DNA from: Schmidtea polychroa | Taxonomy: Eukaryota | Assembly (NCBI GenBank): GCA_044892525.1 | Contig: CM097885.1 | Coordinates: forward strand, 38,318,001-38,382,000 | DNA: 64,000 bases | Reading direction: 5' to 3' | Shown: piece by piece, positions 1-12,505 of the stretch | Layout: each line of letters begins with the position of its first letter | Numbering within the stretch: position 1 is the stretch's first letter | The notes under the pieces: generated by a model | Databases searched by the model: none | What the model was told of the DNA's origin: nothing | The model's input: only the letters and a program-made list of their open reading frames with translations | Made by a program: the position numbers and the translations under genes

Positions 1-508
1 TTATTAGTTGTCAAAAGCAAAAGTTTAAAATTTATAAAGCACTACACCACGTGATTTCACCCTTCAATCCTCAGGGCTAAGCCACAATTGAAATATTATA
101 AAATATTACTTTCACAATTTAATCAATAACAAAAATTCACAAAAACATTAATAATTAACAATTGTTACAAACTCTCGATATATTCCCAACGAACGCCAAG
201 CGTTCCACATGAACCCGGGAGAATAATTCGTTCTACATTTCCTATTAAATGAATCCGTTATAGGCGAATCATTACTATGTATCAAATAATAACTAAATTG
301 AACTTTTTACAAGACAAAATAGAAAGACAAATCCATTAATTTATCGATCAACTCACATATTAAGGGAAATTTTTATCCATAATTTTCATACAAAAAATTT
401 CAATTTAATTTAATGGGAAAAAGTAATTGAATTTGAAAATTTTCAAAATCCGTCTACTTAATAAGAGTTAGTAAATCATTATTAAAATAATTATTAGATT
501 TGTTACAA

Positions 509-654
<146 letters not shown>

Positions 655-660
655 GTAAAG

Positions 661-919
661 CAGTGCTTCTCAAAATGGTGGTCCGCGAGTCAATAGTGAC
701 CGGTCCGCAGAACATTTTTGTAAATTTTATTTTATTTTTAAGCGTTAAAATATTTACAATAGCACAAACAGGCACATCCGTCACATTAGTGTATTCGTTA
801 ATAATTTTTTTATATTGTTTATTTGTTACTTTTTTAATAAATATAACTAATTAAAATTTATATTTTTGGATTAGGAAAAAATAACCGGTCCGTGACACAA
901 AAAAGTTTGAGAGGCACTG
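661..919. mobile_element. hAT-type MITE
   Basis: TIRs CAGTGCTTCTCAAA / TTTGAGAGGCACTG; perfect 8-bp TSD ATGTAAAG (653-660, 920-927). Confidence 0.93.
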
Positions 920-2403
920 ATGTAAAGAATAGTTTTATCATATTTGTAAAAATGTCAACTAAAATATATAGTATACATTCTGTATGTATATCCATATATA
1001 AATGGCTCCATTATTGGATGTAGGGAATTGGGCAATGTTTCAAAAAATATATCACTTTAATGGTCATGCCTATATGAAATAAACCACTATGAAAATAAAT
1101 AATTTTAAAGGGTATATTCAATAAATATAATAATCTATTTAAGGAAAATTTTTTTTTGGTATTCTTCTAAATCGACATCAACTTAAACGTTCTTTTTACT
1201 AATTATTGTTTTAATGTTAATCGTTTTAACTCTCCTATAACTCGATTAATTCGTACCATGCTATATGAAAACCCCGTTATGTGAAACTGAGAAGTGCATA
1301 GTAGAAATCAGAGCAAAACATATTGCGATATATAAAAACTACAGAATCATGTTATTCACATTAAATACAGGTATGAAATAAAAACCTTTAGATTAAATTT
1401 ATACTTTTATTGGTAAAAGTTAATAAATGTAATCGTGCATTTTAAATGAAATATAAATTAAAAAAGAATTATCCAACGAAAACAAAGAATTTGATATATT
1501 CTTTTAAAATTTTTAATATTTTTAAAAAATGAATTTTAGTGAAAATGTTAACTCTAGGCCTATCGAACTTTATTTTAAATCTGCTATTATTTGTAGAACC
1601 ATGCTAACCTAATACTTAAATTGCCGGCATATTTTGTGGGAAAACTACATAAACCACCGGCATATTTTGAGATGCTCTGCGAATATTTATTCATTACAAA
1701 AATAGAAATATCTTTATTAGGGCGTAATATATTTATATAAAACTTTATTTACTTGTAAAGAGTTCAACACTTTAGACAAAATGACACACATTAACGCGTG
1801 ACCGGGTGTTTAAGTGTTAATAATTAAATTTTAATTAACTGAGCCATTAGACAAAACCAAAAGGTTTTTAATAAAATGAGTCCTTTTTAAAAATAAGAAA
1901 TATAAAAAAAACTGTCAAGCTTGTAAATAATATTGTCAGATATATATTGTTTCATTTTAAATTTGATAGATAATATATTTCGTATGAGAACAATAAATTA
2001 CTTATATTTTATTACGTTTTTATGCGATAGGTACGTTTATAACCGAACATACATACATCGAAAAAGATTTCATAGAAAAAATCATAAAAAATTAAAAAAG
2101 AAATTATTAAGATCTATGAAAGCTGAATGTCAATTGAAGGATTGTGTTTTAGATGAATAAATCTAGGATCGCATAATTTTATAAAAATTTATCTGAATAA
2201 TATAAATTTATTTAAATACATAATTTTCTAAGTAACAATGTATGCCTGTGATGATATTTAAAGGTTTATAATGAATACTCATTAATTATTATATAAAGGT
2301 CTATATTAGAACATTAAATTCGATTCAGACCACTAAGATAGTTATAATTATATAAAGATTTATTTTTATAAAAAGGTTTCCACAAGTTTTTTTAAACTCA
2401 CTT

Positions 2404-2818
2404 ATAAAATTAAATGCGCAACCAAGACATATTTTAGAGAATAATCTATCAGTGGAACTTTATGTAAAATGTAAATTGATCTATTTGTTTAAATTTTTGT
2501 TTAAAATCCGCTCCAAATATATATATATATATATTAAAGCCATCACAAAAAGCTTAAATTAAATGAAGATTGGAAGTATTCCACTGAATTATAAAGATAA
2601 TTATATATATTACATTAAAACCAACTCTTTGCCCTCTTTGATCATTTTACATGGCATTTAAATATAAATTAAAACAACGCTTATTTATAATAAATTTCTG
2701 AACATAAAATTAAATGCGCAACCAAGACATATTTCAGAGAATAATCTATCAGTGGAACTTTATGTAAAATGTAAATTGATCTATTTGTTTAAATTTTTGT
2801 TTAAAATCCGCTCCAAAT
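2404..2818. repeat. 115-nt direct repeat, 300-nt spacing (2404-2518 / 2704-2818)
   Basis: Near-identical copies ataaaattaaatgcgcaaccaagac...ccgctccaaat. A second ~42-nt repeat lies at ~2310-2352 / ~2931-2972. Confidence 0.9.
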
Positions 2819-3475
2819 TAAATATCGAATAACTTGAAATGAGTTTTCAATTTTCACCCTCACACCGATTTTCGGTTGAGAATAAAGGATTTTTCGTTAG
2901 ATTTCATAAATGATGCTACACATTTTCGGTAAACATTAAATTCGATTCAAACCACTAAGATAGTTCTAATTATCAACAGATTTCATATCAATCAAACAAA
3001 ATATTTCGAGTATCGGAAATTAAGTAAGTCAAAAATGTGTGACGTAATAAAGTGTCATAATTATCTTGATTGAATATTTAAGAATTACGATTTCATGGTA
3101 ATAATTATGATAATTACTAACAAGTCAGTAAGCTGCTGAGGTCCCTTTATATACTTAAATTTTATTAACTAAAACAATGTACAAATTAATATTTTTAAAT
3201 TTATTTATGAATTTACTGTACTGTTTTTTCTCTCTTTTTCTCTCTTTTTTCATTGTTCAATTGGGATTTAAGTGTAACAATGTATAGGCAGAATTTAATT
3301 CTCTACAAAATGGCTCAATTAAAACTTTAGTTTGTCGCTTTGTGTGTAATACACACATGTTTTTACGATAAATTTGTATTTTTCATACAGTTAACGTAAT
3401 TTCCTTGTATATTTATTCATATATTATAGAGATAAAATTTAATTTTCTATAAAATGGATTGATCTAGAGTTTAAA

Positions 3476-4125
3476 ATGTTGTATTATTTTATTACTTTGT
3501 TGCAATATTTTTATAATCTTATAACAATTTGCTTAAATATTTTACATCTGGTAAAATATTTCCGAAATATGTTATTACTTTGTTGTAATTTACTGAAAGA
3601 CTTCACAATTTATTACAATATTCTTTTTAATTTGTTGTCCGTCTTCGAAATAATGCATTGATTTGTTCCAATTAACATCATTATTTTATTACTTTGTTGC
3701 AATATTTTTATTATTTTAGTTACAATTTGATAAATATTTTACAACTTTGTTGAAATATTTCCGAAATATGTTATTACTTTGTTGTAATTTACTGAAAGAC
3801 TTCACAATTTATTACAATATTCTTTTTAATTTGTTGTCCGTCTTCGAAATAATGTATTGATTTGTCCCAATTAACATCATTATTTTATTACTTTGTTGCA
3901 ATATTTTTATTATTTTAGTTACAATTTGATAAATATTTTACAACTTTGTTGAAATTTTCTGAAATATGTTACTACTTTGTTGTAATATTTTCTAATCTTG
4001 TTACAATTTGCTTAAATATTTTACAACTGTTGAAAATTTATCTGAAATATGTTATTACTTTGTTACAATTTTATGAAAACGTTATTACTGTTTTGCAATT
4101 TGATGAAAAATGATATTACTTTGTG
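3476..4125. repeat. Degenerate tandem array with a 199-nt near-perfect duplication
   Basis: ccgaaatatgttattactttgttg occurs at 3562 and 3761. The sub-unit ttattactttgttg(c/t)aat recurs throughout. Confidence 0.85.
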
Positions 4126-4235
4126 GGTTCATCGCATTATTTTTTTATTAAATTATTATGAAAATGTTGAATAAGTCAACTTTAGCATTAAAATGTGTTT
4201 TAAAATTTAAATTTTAAAATACTGCAACGTAATGC

Positions 4236-4372
4236 ATTTATTTTTCCTACCCCTTCCATGATTTTGATTGGTCAGAATATATTTATTTTTCCTACCCCTT
4301 CCTTGATTTTGGTTGGTCAGAATGTAATCATGTGTAATATATAAGCAGTAACTTTTCAAATGTTTGTCATTT
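4236..4372 (+). promoter_or_regulatory. Putative PolB promoter
   Basis: Two ~43-nt direct repeats (4236-4278, 4281-4323) carry an inverted CCAAT-like box (ATTGG/GTTGG). TATATAAG lies at 4338-4345 and an Inr-like TCATT at 4367-4371, about 30 nt downstream, just before the first intron. Confidence 0.55.
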
Positions 4373-4395
4373 AAACTTTTAATTTAACTTATATA

Positions 4396-7300
4396 AGTGA
4401 ATAATTTTTTATTCTCTATCTAATATTAATGATTATTTTCTTTTAGTGAACGGATGCAGTTTATATAAATTTTGTATTGCCGAAAGTCATGAAGATGTGG
4501 AGAACTGTAAATCAGTTACATCATCATATTTCAAGATAAATGACTCTACCTTATCGGGTTACATATGTCCGGAATGTCTCATTATATCACCAGGTAGGTG
4601 GTTAATGTTTGTACGACAACACGGACACCATCTTAGAAGATTCGAAGAAACGAAGAGCAGGATGATCACTAAAAGTAATACTCTTTCTACTATTAACAAT
4701 TATTAATTTTTATAGTACAATCGAAAATGAATACATCATACGATCCTAAGCAGATTAAAGAATATGTTACAAGTTATGTTATTTAAGTTGTTTAATATTA
4801 ATTATAAATATAGTTAGACAAAACTCTGGCACCACAAAACGAAAGTCAATATTTTACGGAAATGGAGACTCTAACATACAATTGTGTCCACGTCGGGAGT
4901 CTGACTTAAATGGTTCTCGTGTTGAATTGACAAGCGATGTATCTGCAATTAATTCTCCTGACATTGTTGTTCCAGATTGTCTCATCAGAGAAATAGAAGA
5001 TCATATTCAACGAATGGGTACAGTAAAAATCCAATTTGGACTTTGTGCAGAGTTTATCAAAGAGGATGGTGAAATTAAAAAATGGTGTTTGTCGAATAAA
5101 GCAATTACAATGTCATGTTCATTTATTAATGATGGAATTGAAAAATTAAAAGAAAAGTTGGAGAAATACACTCAACAAAGTAGTGGGTGGAGAATTCATA
5201 AAATATTAGAAGTTACTATGATTTTAACTAAATTATCAGACATAATACATGTATCTGGTAAGTTTATTTACATTATTATATATATAAATCAAGATATTTA
5301 CTTAGGTTCAAGTTACATTAAAACGCCAAATTACCTGAAAAACTGCCAGGCTTTAGTTAATGTTCAAAATAATGATCAATTCTGCTTTTTATATAGCATA
5401 CTGGCCGTATTACATTATGATGACATAAAACACCACAGAGAAAGAGTAATGAAATATAATTTAAGTGGTAATATATATTTATATCATTCTAAAAATATAT
5501 ATATTTAGAGTTAAAATGGAAATCAGATTGGTTTCCAATGAAGTTGGTTAACATTTGCCAATTTGAGGCAATGAATCCTAATCTAGCGATCAATGTTCTC
5601 AAATATAATAAAGATCCAATTAAACAAAAAACTAATGATATTTTCAAGAATCCGTTCGTTGACTTGGTATATAGAAGTACTTCGACGGGATGTCAATTAT
5701 ATCTCTTATTGATTGAAGAAGGTAATATTTCTTTTAATCATTAAAAATATTAACTAAATTTTAGAATTAAATTATCATTTTTTGGCTGTAACTAATCTCG
5801 ATCGACTGCTCAATTACAGAGATAGAGTAGAAGGAGTCAGAATCCAATCACATTGGTGTCATACGTGTCTTCATGGGTTTCAAAAACGTCCTGCTTTTGA
5901 AAGACATATAGGTCTTTGTAGGAAGAATGTGGAGCGGACGACTCTATACTCAATGCCAGAGAATAAATATATCGAATTTAAAGACTGGAGTAAAACTATA
6001 AAACAGCAGTTTGTTGTCTACGCGGACTTTGAATCAATATTACCTCTAGATGACAAGCACTTCCAAAAACATGAGCCGATTGCATCTGAATTTGTGCTTC
6101 TTCATCAAGGTTGTCCGATTCGAAATGAAACATTTGTTGGGAAAAACTGTATCATTCAGTTTATACAAGCATTGGATGATATAGCTACAGACATAGTTTA
6201 TCCGTGGTATAAAATTAATGGATCGAAGGAAATGATGGAACTCACTTGGGAACAGCAGGAAGAATTTACGAATCAAACTCATTGCTACCTTTGTAAAAAG
6301 ATTATCAATATACCTGTTCGGGATCATGATCATTTTACCGGTCAATATCTCGGAGCAGCGTGTCAAGATTGTAATTTGGCTAGAAGAATCAATCCGTCTT
6401 TACCTGTTGTATTTCATAATCTTCGTGGATATGACATTCATCATATATTAAAATATGCAATTGGAAAATTCCCCGATTGGAATTTAATTGTTATTCCTCA
6501 ATCAACAGAAAAGTTTCTCACACTTACAGCGACATCGAAAGGCAGAAGAATTAGATTCATTGATTCTTTACAATTTTTAAATAGCAGCTTGGCAAATTTA
6601 TCAAAAAACTTGCCACGTCTTCCACTTACTTCAAAGATTTTCAATTCGCATTTAATAACTGGTAAAGGCATATTTCCTTATGATATGGCTACATCAATGG
6701 ATGTTTTACAGTCAATAACAGAATTACCACCGATTTGGGAGGGAGTTAGTCAAGAAGATTATATACATGCAAATCGAATCTGGCGACAATACAACTGTGA
6801 GACACTGCTAGATTACATGCTAGTATATCTCAAGTTGGATGTTTTTCTGTTGGCCGATGTTTTTGAAGCTTTCAGAGAAAAAACATTTGACGAAGATGGA
6901 CTTGAGGCTCTATCGTTTGTTTCCATACCCGGATTAAGTTGGGCATCAGCTATTAAACAGTTACCTGAACCAGTAGAACTTATTCAAGATCCAGAGCTTT
7001 ACCGTTTATTTGAAGCTGGTATTCGTGGTGGAATGACATTTATCAACAAACATCATGTTGAAGCTGATGAATCAACACAAATGTCATACCTAGATGTTAA
7101 TAATTTATATGGATGGGCGCTGTCGCAAAAACTTCCTGTTGGTGAATTTAGATGGATAAATGATCAGACTGAAATGAATGGTATTGTTGAAAGATGTGCA
7201 AATGGGGATAAGTTTGATGGAGATCTTGGATATGTTCTAGAGGTTGACATCGTCATTCCTGATAGTATACAAGATAAACTAGATGATTTACCTATAGCTC

Positions 7301-8370
7301 CTGAGCTTTGTTATCCACCTGGTAGTAAAGTTGAAAAGCTGTTGTTAACTCATGAGCCTAAGAAAAACTATGTAGTTAATGGTAGAGTTTTGACAGAGTG
7401 GTTGAGTTACGGCGCAAAAGTCACAAAAGTTAATCGTGCTGTAGAATTCAAGCAAGTGGCTATTTTCAAAGGCTATATTGATTACAATACCAAAATGAGA
7501 GCAGCTAGTACAGATTCGTTTCAGCGAGATTATTATAAGTTAAAGAACAACAGTTTATACGGTAAAACTGTGGAAAACTTGAAGAAACGTATAAATTTGA
7601 GATTATGCAGCAAAAGCAAAAGATTGATAACTTATTGTAGTAATCCTATGTTTCGTCGTAGCATCAAGATTGCGGATGATCTCATTGCTGTTATACTCAA
7701 TAAGGAAATTGTGTGTTTAGATAGACCAATGTATATTGGACAAACCGTACTTGATTTATCCAAACTTCGCATGTACCAGTTTCAATATAAAGAACTACAG
7801 AGTTATAGAGAAGAATTCAATTGTCAAATTAATATCGTAGCCGGTGACACAGATTCCTTCTTTTTAGAGTGTAAAAATGTAGATTTACGCTTACAACTAT
7901 ATCCAAAAATGATTGCCGATGGGCTCCTAGATACTTCAAATTATCCAGTGACTGATCCATTGTTCTCAGATAAAATTTGTTCGGTAATCGGGAAATTCAA
8001 GGATGAGAATAAAGGAAATCAATATAAAGAATGGGTGTTTCTTCGACCCAAGTGCTACTCACTCCAAGGCGATAAAAACACTCTAAAAGCCAAAGGAATA
8101 AGACTTACAAACTCTAATCTTACACATGAAGCCTATAAAAAAGTGTATACTGATGGTGGAACAGTGAGCATCCCACAAAAAAGAATAGGAAGTGTCAATC
8201 ATCAGTTGTATACTTTCATGACAGAAAAACGAGCTCTCCAATGTTTGGACGATAAAAGGTATTGGTACAATTGTAATGAAAGTTATGCCTACGGTCACTA
8301 TAAGATTCGCCAAATGCATATTGCAACTGCTATGTCTAGAAATGAATGCAAATCGAAACAAGCACTTTAA
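4396..8370 (+). CDS. Protein-primed family B DNA polymerase (Polinton/Maverick/adintovirus-like), spliced: join(4396,4447..4674,4716..4772,4814..5257,5306..5467,5509..5721,5765..8370), 1236 aa
   Basis: ORF 5782-8370 has ExoI VVYADFES, ExoII FHNLRGYD, RFIDS, KGIFPY, ExoIII YLKLDV, GIRGG, motif A YLDVNNLYG, motif B KLKNNSLYGK, motif C GDTDS, KCYS, KAKG and DDKR. Upstream ORFs 4446, 4882 and 5538 join in frame through GT-AG introns 4675-4715, 4773-4813, 5258-5305, 5468-5508 and 5722-5764, giving the N-terminal SGW and GSSYI..NVQNND.CF motifs typical of this family. Intron 4397-4446 joins A4396 to TG to form the ATG. Joined length is 3711 nt with no internal stop. The first two or three junctions are less certain than the catalytic exon. 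Confidence 0.9.
6283..6375 (+). other. Endonuclease VII-like (His-Me finger, Zn-binding) domain inserted in the PolB exonuclease region
   Basis: Translation CYLC..VRDHDHFTGQYLGAACQDCN lies between ExoI and ExoII and fits the CxxC..DHdH.TG..RG..C..CN pattern (here YLG in place of the usual RG). Confidence 0.75.
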
Positions 8371-8389
8371 CAATTAAATTTATGTGAAT

Positions 8390-8395
8390 AATAAA
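8390..8395 (+). promoter_or_regulatory. Putative poly(A) signal of the PolB gene
   Basis: AATAAA 20 nt after the stop codon, followed by GT-rich sequence. The background is AT-rich, so support is weak. Confidence 0.4.
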
Positions 8396-8699
8396 ATATA
8401 TATTGTGAATTGTTTGACTTAGTTAATTAAAATGTGTTTTATCATTTAATTATTCATTTGTCCAATTAATTTAGATAATTAGTTTCAAGTAAGAAATATT
8501 ATTTTTGTGTTTATTTTATTTATTTATTTATTTTTTCCGAAATATTAATATCCAGTTTATTTTAAATTAACTCAGCGTTTTATTTTATAATAAATTAAAT
8601 AATTTCTAATTAAAATTTATTCAAATTGAATAATTACTAATTAAAATTTTATTCAAATTGAAATATTATCGTTATAATTTACCTCTTGTTAGAATATAA

Positions 8700-9069
8700 T
8701 GTAAATGTAAAATTAAAAAAAAAAAAAATAAATAAAAAATAAAAAAAAAAATAAAAAAAAAAAAAAAAAAAAAAAATAATAATAAATAAAATAATAAAAT
8801 AATACTAAAATAAAAGCATAATAAAATAATTAATTAAGAAAATTAAAAAGAAAAAAAAAATAAATAGAAGTAATTAAATAAAATTAAAAAATAAATAAAT
8901 TAATTAAAAAAAAAAAAAAAAAAATAAAAAAAAAAAAATAATAATAATAATAATTAAATAGCGTAAGTAATTAAAATAAAATATTAATAAACTAATAAAT
9001 TAATTAAATGTAATAAATTAAAATAAAACATAATAAAATAATTAATTAAAATGTTAATTAAAAAAAAAA
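8700..9069. repeat. A-rich low-complexity tract
   Basis: Poly(A) runs and degenerate AATAA/TAATTAA units. Confidence 0.85.
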
Positions 9070-9146
9070 TGATTCGATTGACCTATATTTGATCTGGACA
9101 TTGGGATGACCTTGAAAGTGTCCTGGAGTCCTTACTATTCACTACT
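9070..9146 (-). mobile_element. Candidate right terminus of a Polinton-like element
   Basis: After an A-rich tract, a higher-complexity block ends ..TACTATTCACTACT, which reads 5'-AGTAGTGAATAGTA on the minus strand. Polinton termini begin with AG, often as short AGT/AG repeats. No matching left end was found in the window. Confidence 0.45.
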
Positions 9147-10554
9147 CAAGTAAATAATTATTAAGTATAAACATCATTATTATTAGTAATATTATTATTA
9201 TAATAATTAATATTAATATTATTCAAAATATTAATTGTTTAAAATAAATATTAAAAAATCCTGATTTATTTTAGGGGGAAAATCGTGAAAATACTTTCAA
9301 TATCCGAATAACTTTTTTATTCTACAATTAATGAATTTCTTTTCTGCTTTTTCCTCAGTTTTTAATTATCTATTTTTTCTGCTTAGAAATGTAATTAATT
9401 TTACGATCATTCTGATAAATGAAACTGTGCAAAGAACTTAAACATTAATATGTTTATATATTTCTTTAATGTTATTATTGTTGTTATTTTAGGGTTTTTT
9501 TCTTAATAATTAACTGTAACAATAACTTTCAATATAAGTCATAAATTTTGCATAATTGTTACTAAAACCCGATAAAATTGAATCACACAAGGCTAATTTT
9601 ATGACTTATTTTCGGGCTTTTATGACCATTTAATGATATAAATGGATGTCAACTGGATTTTACAGAGGTATTGATTTTCATTTATTTCTAAAAAGTTCAA
9701 AAATAGAGAAACAATTCAATGTTTTTATACTAAAATTAATTTGACTTTTTCTCGATTTGTCTTTTGAAATTTTTTATGATCAACGTAAAAGTTGACTACA
9801 CAGTAAAAAATTTTATAATTAATTTTTTGTATTTTTTTATAAAATCAGAATAATTTTAATTTAATTTAAACTGTTCCTGATGAGACAGGAGAAAAAACTA
9901 AAAACAATTATTTTATTATTATTTAATTATTTTTTATTCATTGAAATTGCTGTTGCTGTTTTTTTTCAAAATTTAGTGAGAAATTAAATTAATAATTTTA
10001 ATAATTTTTTTGTCGATTAACAAAACGAATAATTTAGTAATAATTTAGATTAAAAATAATTTAAATAAAAAACGGAAAATGCAATTTGTATTTTAATTTA
10101 AATGTTCTAATTTAATTGTTTTATCCGTGGAAAATATGAATAATATAGAAACAACTTTTTTTTTATACTTATTAAATATTATTATTAATTTAAATTGGAT
10201 TCGAAATCAATTTATTTATTATTTCAATAATTGCTACAATGATATATTATATTTTATTGATATCAACAATAAATATTTCACAAATAAAAATGCAGATAAA
10301 TCAACAAAAGCAATATTAAACCTAAAAAATTCCTAAAAATTTATCATTTTCAAAGATATTTATACAAACTGCTGAAATGTGTCTAAATCTACAGAAAGTG
10401 TGATAATTTACACTTCACAAGAAACTGTACATTCATATTAATATATAAAAAAAGAAGTACGCATAAAAGAAAACTAAGGCTTTATTCTAAGAGAAGTCTT
10501 CTATATATTTTATGTCTAATACTGCATCATTTGTCTACGCGATATTATTAATTA

Positions 10555-10620
10555 CCGTATCTTCCTCGCATATACCCCGCAGACGGTTATGACTAGCTAA
10601 ATTTAACCAAACCAAAAAAA

Positions 10621-10680
<60 letters not shown>

Positions 10681-10714
10681 TTTGAAATATATATGACAAG
10701 AGGAGGGAATACGG
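10555..10714. mobile_element. Small Tc1/mariner-pogo-type MITE containing a (TA)n tract
   Basis: TA-CCGTATcTTCCTC..catata on the left and tatatg..GAGGAGGGAATACGG-TA on the right: imperfect TIRs with TA flanks. Confidence 0.5.
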
Positions 10715-11292
10715 TACAAACCGTTTTTTAAATTTACAATTATTTTATTGAAATTTTTCAAAATATTTGAGATATTTTACTGTTTTTTTGTTTATGTAAA
10801 AATTAAATGATTTCATAATTTTTATTTGCTTATTATTAAAATTTATTTTGAACGATTTGTTCAAATCAATTCTTAGTATGGTATAAGTGCAATAAGGTTT
10901 CACCATTGATAATGCAAAGCTTTAATGTACCTTGACCCATGAATGAGAGAGCTAAATTTCTTTGGTTATTGACCAATTACAATAGAAAAAATAAAGAATT
11001 TGTTCAGACTTATCCGATTCAAGTTTAAGACTTGTCTGACTACATATCTATTTGTTTAAATATTGAAAATGAAAAAAGACAAGAAATTTACTTCGAATTT
11101 GATTTGGTTTTTATACTGCTTTATTATTTTTTGACTATTTTATGTATTATTAAAATATTTTTTATATGGGAAAAAATTCAATTTTCTACTATAATTTTTA
11201 AATGAAATTATTAACAAAAAATCCCATACATCTCGATAACAATTCTCATCAATAATTTCAAGGTGCCCCGTTTTGCAACTGTCCTTCTACAC

Positions 11293-11602
11293 CAGGGGTA
11301 GGGAACCTTTTTATTTCCATAGGCCACATTGAAATTTGTCGCCTCCAAATGAGGCCGCAGTCAAAAAGTATTTTAACATTAATTAATTTCATTTAAAATC
11401 TTTTCTTTACATGCAGCTGTACGAAATATTCTGGAAAATTTTTATTATTTCTGAATCGAAAAATTGATGCAAATAAGTCATAATTTCACAAATGGGTGTT
11501 CAATAATCTTATTTATTCTTCTACATAAGTCTTGTATTTATGGGTGTGAATAATTGACTTTTGTATTTCGTTCAGTGTACTCGGCGGAATGCTTGTACAA
11601 TA

Positions 11603-11640
<38 letters not shown>

Positions 11641-11884
11641 TGCTTTTATACTGCTTTATTATTTTTTGACTATTTTATATTATTATTAAAATATTTTTAA
11701 TATGGGAAAAAATTCAATATATATATATACAGTTCAGTGGTTACAATTATTTTTATTTGTTAAAATCCTCAAAATTCAAGGTTTTTTATATAAATTAAGA
11801 TTTATTTCGATAAGGCTCCGGAGGCCGCACATGAAGCTCCGGGAGGCCACATACAGCCTAAAGGCCGCAGGTTCCCCACCCATG
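11293..11884. mobile_element. hAT-type MITE
   Basis: TIRs CAGGGGTAGGGAACCT / AGGTTCCCCACCCATG; 8-bp TSD TTCTACAC (11285-11292, 11885-11892); subterminal GGCC(G/A)CA repeats. Confidence 0.92.
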
Positions 11885-12505
11885 TTCTACACTATATGAT
11901 TGATGGGAAATATTATCAAAATATTCACAAGAAATTTTAAATATGCTATAATTCATTTCGTTTCAAAACATTGACAAAGTTACGTAATTTCTAGAATTTG
12001 TGTTAACTTCCAAGTTTTATAGATGTTTATTTATATTATTTATTTGTAGGTGCTTGAGCCGAAAATTTGAGATTCACAAAACTTAAATTTAACAAAAAGA
12101 AAAATTACAAGTGTTAATGAATTAAAATATTAAGTGGACTTGCTTGTTCCTGGATGAGTAACAGTTCTTTCAAAATTGTATTCATTATCAAATATAAAAG
12201 CATTGTGAACTTTACGTATCTCAAGATAGGTTCACCTTGAATCGGGAAAAAGTTAAGTATGAACTTATAGAAACCCAACAATAATTACTGACGGTGCATA
12301 GAAAAGTGAATTTCCATTGGAAATTTTGTTTTAAAGTATTGGAGTAAAACAGTAAATTATAAAAAAATTAGTTTGATTTATTAATTATTAATGTAAAGGG
12401 TGTTTTAATCAGTTAATTTTTTAATTACAATTACAGATTTGCTTCAATAAAAACTATTTAATAAATAAATGTTAACAAAATTTAGGTAATTTACATATAC
12501 TATAG

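Noticed and set aside
1764..1820. Tiny TTAA-flanked piggyBac-like inverted repeat
   Set aside because: Too short and imperfect for an AT-rich background.
1933..2160. 75-aa basic ORF upstream of PolB as an accessory gene
   Set aside because: TTG start, no motif, and no consistent spliced model could be built.
3476..4125. CRISPR-like array
   Set aside because: Eukaryotic context; the units are degenerate tandem copies without unique spacers or cas genes.
6046..8373. Antisense ORFs within PolB (6046-6366, 8083-8373), and likewise within the protocadherin and gag
   Set aside because: Shadow ORFs with no recognisable motifs.
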